NCBI GenBank assembly: GCA_030390025.1
Contig: CM059432.1
Location: forward strand, 126,110,001-126,174,000
Source of the DNA: Squalus acanthias
Taxonomy: Eukaryota
Length of the DNA stretch: 64,000 bases
Direction: 5' to 3'
The notes under the pieces were generated by a model that was given only the letters and a program-made list of their open reading frames with translations, was not told where the DNA came from and did no database searches. Positions 13,540 to 25,525 of the stretch are shown here, one piece after another (position 1 is the first letter of the stretch; every line of letters begins with the position of its first letter). The position numbers and the translations under genes are program-made.

Positions 13540-14280
13540 GCAGTTGATTCAGTGTTAGCACTACTGCATCTAAGTCAGAGGTTGTGAGCGCAAATATCCA
13601 CATTGTGAGCATATTTAAATGCAGTAGTGAGGGAGCGCTGCACTGTTGGAGGCATCATTTTTTGGATGAGACATTAACCCGAAACCCTGTCTACCCTCTC
13701 AGGTGGACGTAAAAGATCCCACAGCATTTTTCAAAGGAGAAATGGGGATTCTCCCGATGTCCTGGCCAACATTTATCCTTCAATCAAAATCATCTGAAAC
13801 AGATTATCTGATCATTAAGTGTCAGCCGTGGTCCCGTCTGCTCTCTCCGTTGAACATAAAAGATCCCATGGCCCTATTTCGAAGAAGAGCAGGGGAGTTA
13901 TCCCCGGTGTCCTGGCCAATATTTATCCCTCAATCAACATAACAAAAACAGATTATCTGGTCATTATCACATTGCGGTTTGTGGGACCTTGCTGTGCGCA
14001 AATTGGCTGCTGCGTTTCCTACATTACAGCAGTGACTACACTTCAAAAGTACTTCATTGGCTGTAAAGCACTTTGGGATGACCTGAGGTCTTGAAAGGCG
14101 CTATATAAATGCAAGTCTTTCTTTCTTTCTTTATCTCCTTGCTGTGCACAATAGGATGCTGCATTTCCCTACATCTCAATAGTGACTACACTTCATAGTA
14201 ATACTCCATTGGCTGTGAAACACTTTGGGACATCCTGAGGATGTGAAAGGTGCTAAATGAATGCAAGTTATTTCTTTCTA
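13540..14280 (+). mobile_element. Cluster of DeuSINE/SacSINE1-like SINE copies (nested, plus an extra tail)
   Basis: Body AAAAGATCCC...TGTCCTGGCCAATATTTATCCCTCAA; L2-type tail AAAGGCGCTATATAAATGCAAGTC; matches 45010-45491. Confidence 0.8.
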
Positions 14281-14928
14281 GAAAGAAATGTTGAAAAATC
14301 ATGCCAGCTTGTCCTGATTTACATTGTGGCGATTCTTAGCCCTCCAGTGGTGGATGTAGCCTGGATTGTGCCAATAATGAGAAATTCAGTCCAGTAAGTT
14401 ACCTCGACTTACAGCAACAGTGCTGATGCCCATGTTGCTCTCGGCTGCAGATTTTCCTCACACAAGCAGCATGAGTCGATGATCGCTTCTTTGCTCACCC
14501 TGAGACTGATCGGACATTTCTCCTTGGTGAACTCAAGGGTAGATGTGCCTTACCTGAAAGGACCTCACCCTCGGGTAGCTGGTATGCACAGTGGTGAGCT
14601 TCCTAGGGGCCTTGATGCTCACAACTGAACCTGCAGCTGTTCTGCTGTTAATGACTGTCCACAAGAAACAACAATGGCAGTGCATGATCCGCAAAATCTT
14701 CAACATTAGCTGGTAAGTGCCATTCCTTACAATCAGAAGAAGTGCTTCAACTGCCAAATATACTGTGCAACCCAAATGAAGGGATAGTGAGTGGAATTGT
14801 TAGTGACAGTTGTGTAAAACAAATACTCACACACCAAAACTTCATTAATTTGAGTGCGTATTTAGTTGATTCACAAATCTAGCTCTTCACGGTTCAAGTG
14901 CCCCTCTCCTCATTTTGGGTAGCAAAGC

Positions 14929-15215
14929 CATAGAAACATAGAAACATAGAATCTAGGAGCAGGAGTAGGCCATTCAGCCCGTCGAGCCTGTTCCACCATT
15001 CAATACGATCATGGCTGATCATCCAAATCCAGTACCCTGTCCCTGCTTTAATCCCCACAGTACACATATCCCACCCTACCCCCGTAACCCCACGTATTTA
15101 ATTCCCCCTAACATATCCCATCCTATCCCCATAACCCCACATATTTAATCCCCCCCTAACACTAAGGGTCAATTTATCATAGCCAAATCAACCTAACCCG
15201 CACATTTTTGGACTT
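14929..15215 (-). mobile_element. CR1 3' tail joined to an HE1/V-SINE-like fragment
   Basis: CATAGAAACATAGAA CR1 terminus; reverse strand AGTCCAAAAATGTGCGGGTTAGGTTGATTTGGCTATGATAAATTGACCCTTAGTG resembles the V-SINE core; internal ~47-bp tandem duplication 15064-15158. Confidence 0.65.
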
Positions 15216-16374
15216 TTGAGCAGTTTGGTTCTGCAGATGTCTGTCATCCTCTGGGGTATGCGTATGGCCACTGTTCATGTGTGAGTCTTAACAGTGAGTG
15301 CCCGCAGACAATTCGACCCCTGGGAGCACGGATGCCTGTACATGGTCACTTTTAAATGGAGGTTGGCCAGCTGTTAAAAGATATTAGCTGATTTTCCTCC
15401 CTCCCTAACGCGGGATCATTCTTCATATGCAACTTTAAGCACTGAGTATCAGCAAGGTATTCCACCATTGCAGCATCACAGCCAAGCCCAATCCTGTCCC
15501 AACCCACTGTCCACACAGTAGGGGTGCAGTTTTCAGAGGGAATCCTCCTGAACATATGCCAATTGTATTATCCTTACTGCTCCGCTGGCTGAGATTAGTT
15601 AACTCAGCACAGGCTAAGGATATAAATTGGGAGTCTCCTGGTCTGCATGACCTAGTGACTCATTGAGCCATCAGAGAGCTGGGAGGACTGCGTTCGAATT
15701 CAAAGCGCCATCCAGCTCTCCCAGTATACAACCGCATTGGATGTGATTAATTAGCATATTAAAATAAACAGGGGTAAATCACCAAATGTATAATTTTCAA
15801 CCAGATCAGGTGCTAATTGGCCCAGTGGTATTTGATTAGTTTCTACCAACCAACACCAAGCAGTAAACAGAAGCTCCTTACAGACAACAATAAAGCGAAC
15901 CTGACAAATACCCTGAAAAATTGTAATGGTATGGGTAATTGAACGTAGACATTGACAAGGAGGGAGTTCCCTGTTTGCAGATAGAGCGAATAAAACCTTT
16001 TATGATTGTTCTGGGTCAAGCCATAACAAAGTAATCGAAGGCCGCCAGTGTCCCCTGCACTCACAAGAGAGCTTCTATATTTTGGCCTCTTATCATTTTC
16101 ACCATCACTTTACCAACTCGCTATTGTAAACGAGGGAAAGAACTCCATAAAATAGTCCAGAAAATTGCACGGTTTCAATTATTTGCAACAGACCCCCAAT
16201 GCACAGTGACTAATTTGATTATTAAATACTTAACATAGCACGTAAGCAGTGCTCCACAAACTAAACATGGTGCAATTCCCAATACTAATACCCTTGCACT
16301 AGAACCTTGTACAGTGCGAAGTTTGTCAACTGTGATCCAGGGATAGGAAGGAAAGTAATCCCTGCTGAACTCAA

Positions 16375-17194
16375 GGGGGGCAATTTTGCCAGCCCTGGGG
16401 ACGCGGGTATGGAGGCGGGACTGCTGGGAAAATGGCAGAAACTGGGAGCGGGTACCGAACCCATTCCCAACCCGCCTCCGTGTCATCTTCCCAGGAGGTG
16501 GGTCCCCGGCTCGCGCAGGGACCCGTCACCTCGAAGCGGGAAGGGGATTACAGCCAATTAACTGCCTGTTAACAAGTAGTTAAGAGGCTTATCCCCATTT
16601 TACCCCTCCAAGTGTAGACGTCGGGAAACCCCGCCAGGGTCAACGAGGCGAGCAGTGGGTCTGCGGGGGTGAGAGGGGTAGAAAAGTCCGATGTGGAGGT
16701 GAGTGATGGGTGCAAGTGTGGAGAGGTAAGTATGAGTGGTGAGTGTAAAGTGTGAGAAAAAGTTTACTTATCTTTGCTTCTTCCTGCAGGCTTCAACCCT
16801 TGGGGATCCGGAGGTGCCTCATCTCAACGGCAGAGATGACAGAATGGCTGCTGCATTCTCAGGTGCAGCAGCCATCTGATTTCTGCCGAGGAAATAGGTT
16901 TTGGTGAGCCTTCAGTGCAAGGACTCACCACAGAACAGAGATTGTCAGCTTCTCAAAGCTGTCAAATGCTGACAATTCATCTGTCAAAAATTTTTCGACA
17001 GATGAAACGTCATACGCTGACATCCTCTGTCACCGGCTTTCCCTTAATTTGCCGGCTAAGCCCGCAGGACGGGCTTAACAAGGTCACTCAAGGGAAAATA
17101 GCGTGGGTTGGCCGGACATCATTGGGGGCGGGACTGAAACCCAACAACCAGCAGTCCTGCCCCCAACGCGTCCCCATTGGCAAAATCCAGCCCC
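16375..17194. mobile_element. Non-autonomous TIR element (Harbinger-type)
   Basis: ~45-bp imperfect TIRs: GGGGGGCAATTTTGCCAGCCCTGGGGACGCG...GGACTGCTGG versus reverse of CCAGCAGTCC...CGCGTCCCCATTGGCAAAATCCAGCCCC; no clean TSD. Confidence 0.7.
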
Positions 17195-17369
17195 TAGAGT
17201 GTTACACAGGTGCAAGCCCGCATGAATTTAAGTGAGAGGCATGAAATTGGGTCACATTTTTGAACAAAAGGAATTATTGTCACTCCATGATTTTATCCTC
17301 TTTCACAGTGGGAAAGCACCTAACTTCTCTTAGTGGCACTTCTTAATAAATCTAACAAAGATTAGGAGT

Positions 17370-17730
17370 CACTACACAGAGAAATAGAGAGGGTATCATG
17401 CAGATTCAGTAGGATGCTACCTGGTATGAGGAAATACAAATAAAAGACTTTAAAAATTGGGGCTGTTTTCATTCGAACAGAGATAATTAAGGGTCGATTT
17501 GATATAGATGTTTAAAATTATGAAGGGATGTTACAAAATAGCTAGAAACAGGCTTAAATGGCCTACTCCTGCTCCTATTTCTTATGTTCCAGTGATTGAG
17601 GGGTCAAGAACAAGGGGATATGGATGTAAGATTAAATGTAAAAGATTTAAGACAGAGAACAGAAGAAACTTTTACACGGAGAGTTGTGAGACTATGGAAT
17701 ACACTACCAGAGTTAGTGATTGAAGCAGTA
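17370..17730 (+). mobile_element. Degraded CR1 LINE 3' region
   Basis: MFKIMKG...EGSRTRG..KIKCKRFKTENRRNFYT resembles the CR1 ORF2 C-terminus. Confidence 0.7.
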
Positions 17731-17787
17731 GTTGATCAGTGGGTACGGTAGTATAGTGGTTATGTTACTGGACTAGTAATCCAGAGG

Positions 17788-17931
17788 ACTAGCAGTTCTG
17801 ATGAAGGGTCATTGTCCTGAAACGTTAACTCTGTTTCTCTCTCCACAGATGCTGCCTGACCTGCTGAGTATTTCCAGCATTTTCTGTTTTTATTTCAGAT
17901 TTCCAGCATCCGCAGTATTTTGCTTTTGTAT
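17788..17931 (+). mobile_element. Short Penelope-derived hammerhead-bearing insert (family 1)
   Basis: 14-bp TSD TAGTAATCCAGAGG (17774-17787, 17932-17945); same sequence as the 3' end of the GIY-YIG-bearing copies at 46578-47257 and 57570-58131. Confidence 0.85.
17794..17830 (+). ncRNA. Minimal type I hammerhead ribozyme motif
   Basis: AGTT-CTGATGA-A-GGGTC-ATT-GTCCT-GAAA-C-GTT-AACT: stem I AGTT/AACT, intact core, one stem II mismatch, palindromic stem III (AACGTT). Confidence 0.7.
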
Positions 17932-18134
17932 TAGTAATCCAGAGGCCTGGACTAATGATCCGGTTCAAATCCCACCACGGCAGCTGGGTAATTTAAATTC
18001 AGTTAATTAAATAAATCTGGAATAAAAAGCTAGTATCAGTAATTGTGATCATAATACTACCGGATTGTCGTAAAAACGCATCTGGTTCACTAATGTCCTT
18101 TAGGGAAGGAAATCTGCTGTCCTTACCTGGTCTG

Positions 18135-19670
18135 ATGCGTTTGACATCTCGGTTTTGCTCACTGAAATCTGCCACCTGCTGCAGGCAGACCTGCAGCCTC
18201 AGTCCAGGGCGAGGCCAGCATTGCCAGTGGCTGTAAAGGTGACCGTGGCCTTGAACTTCTTTGCCTCGGGCTCCTTCCAGGACATCTGTAACATCTCCCA
18301 CTTCACCGTCCACTCCTGTATAAGGAAGGTGAGTGAGGCTCTGTACGCAAAAAGAGCTGAATACATTTCACTTTCTCTCTTGCCAGAGCGAAGCAGGCGG
18401 AGCGAGCATGCGGCTTCGCCAGGATAGCAGGCTTTCCCCATGGCGCAGGGGGCCACAGACTGCACACACCTCACTTTGTGGGCGCCGCATCTCAAATCGG
18501 AGACGTACCACAAGCAGAAGGGTTTCTACTCCCTCAATGTCCAACTGGTGTGCGACCATACGTAGTGCATCATGCAAGTCAATGCTCGTTATCCTGGCAG
18601 CAGTCATGATGCCTTCATTCTGCCGCAGTCCGCTCTACCATCACACGTGGGCAGCATGCATATAACTAAAGCCATGCTGCCATATGGAATCTGAGAGCAG
18701 ATCATTGGCGTCCTTAAACAATGCTTCTGCTGCCTGGACTGCTCTGGAGGAGCCTTGCAGTACTCACCAGAACACGTCTCAAGATTCGTCGTGGTCTGCT
18801 GCATGCTCCACAACCTCGCCATCATGAGGGCACAGCCCTTGCCATCAGGCATACGCCGACCAGCTGAGGAGGAGGAAGAGGAGGAGGAGGAGGAGGAGGA
18901 GGGAGCGGAAGAGGAGGAAGTGGAAGCTGTGAGATGTGGGTGTGAGGCTTGCAGCAGCAGTAAGTGTGTGAGGATGAGATGGAGCATATGAATGTGAAGT
19001 ATGAGTCGTGATTGATAGAGATTGTTGGTAGGTGAGTAATGTGGTGAATTGAGCAATGTGTGAGGCTAGTGGTGCAGTTTGTGGGCTATGGCGTTTGAAG
19101 GTGAACTTATTGACCTTGTGAGGTCATTAAACTTCTTCCTGCATAGCATCCAGTTCCTCAGGGCTACACTGCTGGCATTGACAGCAGCGGTTATCTGCTC
19201 CCATTCCCTTCTCAGTGTGTGTCAGGAGGGCCTGCTGACCCCCTGTGGTAGAGGACACCTCTCCTTCTGTCCACCTCCTGCACCTGAGCCTCGAGTGCTG
19301 CATCAGAAAATCTGGGAGCCCTCTCTCTGCCATGTTGCGCCATCTTCACTCTTCCTGTAGGTCACACATTCCTCTACAATGACTTCCAGTAGCCACTCTC
19401 GTCAAACTGCACCTCCCTTTAAAGAGGTGCAGGCTGGCTTTAAGAACTGCAGGCTAGCTTTAATTGGTGCTAGCCTCGCACAAACTTGGGCCCCCTGCTG
19501 AGCGTGCAGCCACTCAGCAGTGCGTTTAGCGCTGGGCTGCACACCACTATCATTATAATTAGCAGGCAGCATGGAGTTTGCGTGCTGCCCGCATTACTTT
19601 GAATGGCCGTGGGTTAATCGCGCATCGCGATCCCCGCGCCCATTTTCGGGGGCTATCGAATTTTAAAGCC
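18135..19670 (+). mobile_element. PIF/Harbinger transposon remnant with a disrupted HARBI1-like transposase
   Basis: ALPVAVKVTVALNFFASGSFQ; KGFYSLNVQLVCDH-type DNA; GALQYSPEHVSRFVVVCCMLHNLA; poly-Glu (GAG)n; stops and deletions; right terminus GAATTTTAAAGCC at ~19658-19670. Confidence 0.88.
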
Positions 19671-19874
19671 AGGGTGTCTTAACCATCAATTTTCCCTCAC
19701 TCTGTGGCACAGGGCCTGGTCTATTTGCTCCATGCTTCCATCCACAGAATTCGCCATGTGGAGAATCATGGGCATGAAATTATATGGGTATACATCTTAA
19801 AGCATCAACTGATATTATTGAGAAAGAGGATTTTTTTCCCTGGGGTGAAGGTGTGTGTACCCTTAAATGTCTGC

Positions 19875-20235
19875 TTGTCTCAGTTGGTAGTATTCATGCC
19901 CCTGAATTATTAGTTGTGGGTTCAAGCCCCTATTTATTAAATTACTGCATTGTCAGAGGTACTGTCTTTCGGGTGAAATGTTAAACTGAAGCTCAGTGGA
20001 TGTAAAGAATCCCATGGAACTATTCAACTGACAGAAGGGACTTCTCCTGGTGTCATGGCCAACATTCCTCCCTCAACCATCGCCACCAAACACAAATTAT
20101 CTGCTGGTTTGTGGAACTTAGCCATGTACAAATAGGCTGCTCTCTTTGCCTACACGTCAAAGTGACTGCACTTTAAAAATAATTCATTGGTCGGAATGTC
20201 CTGAAGGTGTGATAAGGCGCAATATAAATTTAAGT
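19875..20235 (+). mobile_element. Degraded DeuSINE-like SINE
   Basis: CTCAGTTGGTAG...GGGTTCAAGCCC head; TGGCCAACATTCCTCCCTCAA body; tail interrupted by the CR1 at 20236. Confidence 0.65.
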
Positions 20236-21620
20236 CATAGAAACATAGAAGATAGGAGCAGGAGTAGGCCATTCGGCCCCTCGAGCCTGCTCTGCCATTT
20301 AATGAGATCATGGCTGATCATCCAAATTCAGTACCCTGTCCCTGCTTTCTCCCCATATCCCTTGATCCCTTTAGCCTTAAGAAATATATCTATCTCCTTC
20401 TTGAATATATTTAATGAATTGGCCTCAACTGCCTTCTGTGGTAGAGAATTCCACAGGTTCACCACTCTCTGGGTGAAGAAATTCCTCCTCATCTCAGTCC
20501 TAAATGGCTTACCCCTTATCCTTAGACTGTGACCTCTGGTTCTGGACTCCCCCGCCATCGGGAACATCCTTCCTGCATCGAGTCTGTCTAGTCCTGTTAG
20601 AATTTTATAACTTTCAATGAGATCCCCTCTCATTCTTCTAAACTCTAACGAGTATAAACCTAATCGACCCAATCTCTCTTTATACGTCATTCCTGCCATC
20701 CCAGGTATCAGTCTGGTGAATCTTCGCTGCACTCCCTCCATGGCAAGAACATCCTTCCTCAGATAAGGCGACCAAAACTGCACACAATACTCAAGGTGTG
20801 GTCTCACCAAGGCCCTGTACAACTGCAGCAAGACATCCTTGCTCCTGTACTCGAATCCTTTCGCTATGAAGGCCAACATACCATTTGCCTTCTTAACCGC
20901 CTGCTGCACCTGCATGCTTACCTTCAGTGACTGGTGCACAAGGATTCCCAGGTCTCGTTGCACTTCCTCTTCTCCCAATCTATTGCCGTTCAGATAATAA
21001 TCTGCCTTCCTGTTTTTGCCACCAAAGTGGATAACCTCGCATTTATCCACATTATACTGCATCTGCCATGCATCTGCCCAATCACCCAACTTGTCCAAAT
21101 CATACTGGAGTTTCTCTGAATCCTCCTCACAGCACACACGCCCACCCAGCTTTGTGTCGTCTGCAAACTTGGAGATGTTACATCTAGTTCCCTCGTCTAA
21201 ATCATTAATATATATTGTGAATAGCTGGGGTCCTAGCACCGATCCCTGCGGTACCCCACTAGTCACTGCCTGCCACTCGGAAAAAGACCCGTTTATTCCA
21301 ACTCTTTGCTTCCCGTCTGCCAACCAGTTCTCTATCCAAGTCAGTACCTTACCCCCAATCCCATGTGCTTTAACTTTGCACGCTAATCTCTTATGCGGGA
21401 CCTTATCGAAAGCCTTCTGAAAGTCCAAATACACCACATCCACTGGTTCTCCCTTATCTATTCTACCAGTTACATCCTCAAAAAATTCCAGTAGATTAGT
21501 CAAGCATGATTTACCTTTTGTAAATCCATGTTGACTTTGTCCGATCCTGTCACTGTTTTCCAAGTGCTCTGCTATTACATCTTTTATAATGGACTCTAGC
21601 ATTTTCCCCACTACCGCCAC
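20236..21620 (-). mobile_element. Young CR1 LINE, 5'-truncated, uninterrupted 430-aa RT and C-terminal ORF (20328-21620)
   Basis: [58 protein letters not shown] with no stops; terminal TTCTATG-type microsatellite. Confidence 0.95.
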
Positions 21621-21649
21621 ATCTCTTTCTTTTCAAAAGACAAAAGTAT

Positions 21650-22558
21650 GGGGGGAATTTTAACCCAAAAAAACAAGTGGGTTGGGGTTGGGTGGGAAGT
21701 TAAAGTGCTAAAAATCTGAATCCCGACCAGAACCCGGCCACTTCTAGTTTTAATGGAGGCAGGACAGGGGGCGGGGGGGCAGCCAACCCGCTCCCAGGAG
21801 GGGGACAGCCATTTAAATATTATAATGAGGCTGCGTGCCTCAGATTTAACCATTTGCATTGGAAACCTGTTTCCCACTCGCAGCCAGCCAGATGGAGAGG
21901 CTGGCTGGCTGCGGGCGGGTACGCCTGCGGCACTAGGTCACACAGAAGAGAGAGGGAGGGATCGAGTGGGGACTGGGGTGGTGGTGCCAGTGGAGCATTT
22001 CAAATGGACATTTTAAATTTAACTCTGGCTGGTCAGGTTTTTGCAGGCCTCATGAAACCCGGCAGCTAAAGTAAGGCAAGGACAGATGGATCCAGGAGGT
22101 AAGTGCCTTTACACTTATCTCCTGGATCCAGGGTCCCTACCTAACCCAACCCCCATGATCGGAGACATCCCCTCGAGGCCTCAGATTTCTCCGCGCCCCC
22201 CGCCCAATGCTCCTCCAGCCCCCACGTGATGAGCCCCCAGATCAGCTGCTCCTGGCCCCCCACCCCCACCCCCACCCCCGTGCTCCTCTGGCCCACCCCC
22301 CACCACCACCCCCCAGTCCCCACTCGATCCCTCCCTCTCTCCTCTGTGCGACCTAGAGCCACAGGCGTACCTGCCCACAGCCTGCCAGCCTCTCCATCTG
22401 GCTCGCTGCGAGTGGGAAACAGAGGCTTCAAATGCAAATCAAGCCCTGCCATTAAATTTGACAGAGCCTGCGGGAAAAACATTCTCCCAGGTTTCCAGAC
22501 CGCTTCGGAGCCCCCTGCTCCCAACCCGCAAAAGTATTAAAGTATTAAAATTCAGGCC
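21650..22558. mobile_element. Non-autonomous TIR element with an internal inverted duplication
   Basis: Termini GGGGGGAATTTTAA / TTAAAATTCAGGCC; flanks TAT/TAC; inverted ~125-bp copies at 21852-21980 and 22311-22439. Confidence 0.65.
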
Positions 22559-22734
22559 TACATTTCTGTGAAACTGAAGTGCGCGCATACAGAACAGGGG
22601 CAAACTTTGATTTACACTTCCAACTGGAAAGCACGAAGGCCGTGAATTGGGTGTGCTGACCTCTGCAACAGATTCTGCTATTTGCCCTCCTGTTGAGTGA
22701 GCAAGGCTCCCTGCTAGGAGTGTAAGCTCATAGA

Positions 22735-25525
22735 ATTCCTGGATATAAGGTGTTCAGCAGAGATAGGGAAGGAAAGAAAGGAGTTGGGGTGGCAGTATTG
22801 GTTAAGGAGAATGTTACAGTGCTGGAGAGAGAGGATGTCCTGGAGGGGTCAAGGACAGAATCTATTTGGTTAGAGTTAAGAAATAATAGAGGTTCCATTA
22901 CACTACTAGGTGTATTCTATAGGCCACCAACTAGTGGGAAAGGTATAGAGGAGCAAATTTGCAGGGAAATTACAGAGAGGTGCAAAAACTAGGGAGTAGT
23001 AATAATGGGGGACTTCAATTATCCTAATATAGACTGGGATAGTAATAGTGCAAAGGGCAGAGAGGGGGAAGAATTTCTGAAGTGTGTTCAGGAGAACTTT
23101 CTTGATCAGTACATTTCTGGCCCAACGAGGAAGGAGGCATTGCTGGATCTGGTTCTGGGGCATGAGGTGGGTCAAGTGGAGCAAGTGTCAATAGGGGAAC
23201 ATTTAGGGAACAGTGATCATAGTATCATAAGGTTTAGATTAGCTATGGAAAAGGACAGGGAGCAATTTAGAATAAAAATACTTAATTGGAGGAAGGCAAA
23301 TTTCAGTGGGTTGAGAACGGATCTGGCCCGGGTAAATTGGAATCAAAGATTGGCAGGCAAAACTTTAATCAAACAATGGGCTGCCTTTAAAGAGGAAATA
23401 GTTCAGGTACAGTTGAGGTACATTCCAACGAGGGGGAAAGGTAGGGCAACTAAAGCCAGACCTCCCTGGATGACGAAAGAGATAGAGAGTAAGATGAAGC
23501 AGAAAAAGAGCACGTATAACAGATGTCAGGTTGAGGTTACAAGTGAGAATCAGGCTGAATATAGAAAGTTCAGAGGGGAAGTGAAAAAGGAAATAAAAGG
23601 GGCAAAGAGAGAGTATGAGAATAGATTAGCAGCTAACATAAAAGGGAATCCAAAAGTCTTCGATAGGCATATAAATAGTAAACGGGTAGTAAGGAGGGAC
23701 CAATTAGGGACCAAAAAGACCTATGCATGAAGGCAGAGGGCATGACTGAGGTACTAAATGAGTACTTTGCATCTGTCTTCACCAAGGAAGAGGATGCTGC
23801 CAAAGTCATAGTGAAAGAGGAGGTAATGGAGATACTGGATGAGTTAAAAATTGATAGAGGAGGTACTAGAAAGGCTGCCTGTATTTAAAGTAGATAAGTC
23901 ACTAGGACCGGATGGGATACATCCTAGGATGCTGAGGGAAGTTAAGGAGGAAATCACGGAGGTACTGACCATAATCTTCCAATCCTCTTTAGATATGAGG
24001 GTGGTGCCAGAGGACTGGAGAATTGCAAATGTTACACCCTTGTTCAAAAATAGGTGTAAAGATAAACCCAGCAACTACAGGCTAGTCACTTTAACCTTGG
24101 GGTGGGGAAGCTTTTAGAAATGATAATCAGGGACAAAGTTAACAGTCACTTGGACAAGTGTGGATTAATTAAGGAAAGCCAGCATGGATTTGTTAAAGGC
24201 AAATCGTGTTTAACTAACTTGATCGAGTTTTTTGATGAGGTAACAGAGAAGGTTGATGAGGGCAATGCAGTTGATGTGGTGTATATGGTCTTCCAAAAGG
24301 CGTTTGATAAAGTGCCACATAATAGGCTTGCCAGCAAACTTGAAGCCCATGGAATAAAAAGGATGGTGGCAGCATGGATACAAAATTGGCTAAGTGACAG
24401 GAAACAGAGAGTAGTGGTGAACGGGTGTTTTTCGGACTGGAGGAAGGTAAGCGTTTTCTGTTGTTATTTCAGATTTCCAGCATCCGCAGTATTTTGCTAT
24501 CGAAGGTATACAGTGGTGTTCCCCAGGGGTTGGTACTAGGGCCTCTGCTTTTCTTGATATATATTAATGACTTGGACTTGGGTGTACAGGGCACAATTTC
24601 AAAATTTGCAGACGACACAAAACTTGGAAGTATAGTGAACAGTTAAGAGGAGAGTGATAGACTTCAAGAGGACATTGACAAGCTGGTGAAATGGGCGGAC
24701 ACGTGCCAGATGAAATTTAATGCAGAAAAGTGCGAAGTGTACATTTTGGTAGAAAGAACGAGGAGAGGCAATATAAATTAAAGGGTACAATCCTAAAGGG
24801 GGTGCAGGAACAGAGAGACCTGGGGGTATATGTGCACAAATCGTTGAAGGTGGCAGGGCAGGTTGAGAAAGCGGTTAAAAAAGCATACGGGATACTGGGC
24901 TTCATAATCAGAGGCATAGAGTACAAAAGCAAGGAAGTTATGATGAACCTTTATAAAACACTGGTTCAGCCTCAACTGGAGTATTGTGTCCAATTCTGGG
25001 CACCGCACTTTAGGAAGGATGTGAAGGCCTTAGTGAGGGTGCAGAAAAGATTTACGAGAATGATTCCAGGGATAAGGGACTTCAGTTACTTGGATAGACT
25101 GTAGAAGCTGGGGTTGTTCTCCTTGGAGCAGAGAAGGTTGAGAGGAGATTTGATAGAGGTGTTAAAATCATGAGGGATCTAGACAGAGTAGATAGAGAGA
25201 AACTGTTCCCATTGGCAGAAGGGTTGCAAACCAGAGGGGACAGATTTAAGGTGATTGGCAGAAGAACCAAAGGCGACATGAGGACAAACTTTTTTACGCA
25301 GTGAGTGGTTAGGATCTGGAATGCACTGCCTGAAAGGGGGGTGGAGGCAGATTCAATCGTGGCTTTCAAAAGGGAGTTGGATAAGTACCTGAAGGAAAAG
25401 AAATTGCAGGGCTACGAGGAAAGGGCCGGGGAGTGGGACTAGCTGAGGTGCTCTTGCAGAGAGCCGGTACGGGCTCAACGGGCCGAATGGCCTCCTTCTG
25501 TGCTGTAACCATTCTATGATTTTAT
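22735..25525 (+). mobile_element. CR1/HER1-like LINE, most of ORF2 (AP endonuclease and RT), inactivated
   Basis: GVFYRPP, MGDFNYP, LLDLVL, SDH (APE); [32 protein letters not shown] (RT); several stops and frameshifts; tail GGGCCGAATGGCCTCCTTCTGTGCTGTAACCATTCTATG. Confidence 0.95.
24450..24501 (+). mobile_element. 52-bp Penelope 3'-tip insert inside CR1
   Basis: Nearly identical to 58081-58131; 7-bp TSD GAAGGTA (24443-24449, 24502-24508). Confidence 0.75.

Larger units (their letters stand above)
17742..18134 (+). mobile_element. tRNA-headed SINE (family B), 3'-truncated, interrupted by a Penelope insert
   Basis: GGTAGTATAGTGGTTATG, GGTTCAAATCCC and CTGGTTCACTAATGTCCTTTAGGGAAGG, as at 7292 and 39762. 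Confidence 0.8.

Noticed and set aside
15064..15158. 47-bp tandem repeat as an independent feature
   Set aside because: Local duplication within an HE1/V-SINE-like fragment.
18866..18920. Poly-Glu or poly-Ser coding repeat of a host protein
   Set aside because: It is the acidic C-terminal tract of the Harbinger transposase remnant.
20328..21620. 430-aa ORF as a host gene
   Set aside because: It is a CR1 ORF2 fragment with no endonuclease or 5' UTR, ending in the CR1 tail.
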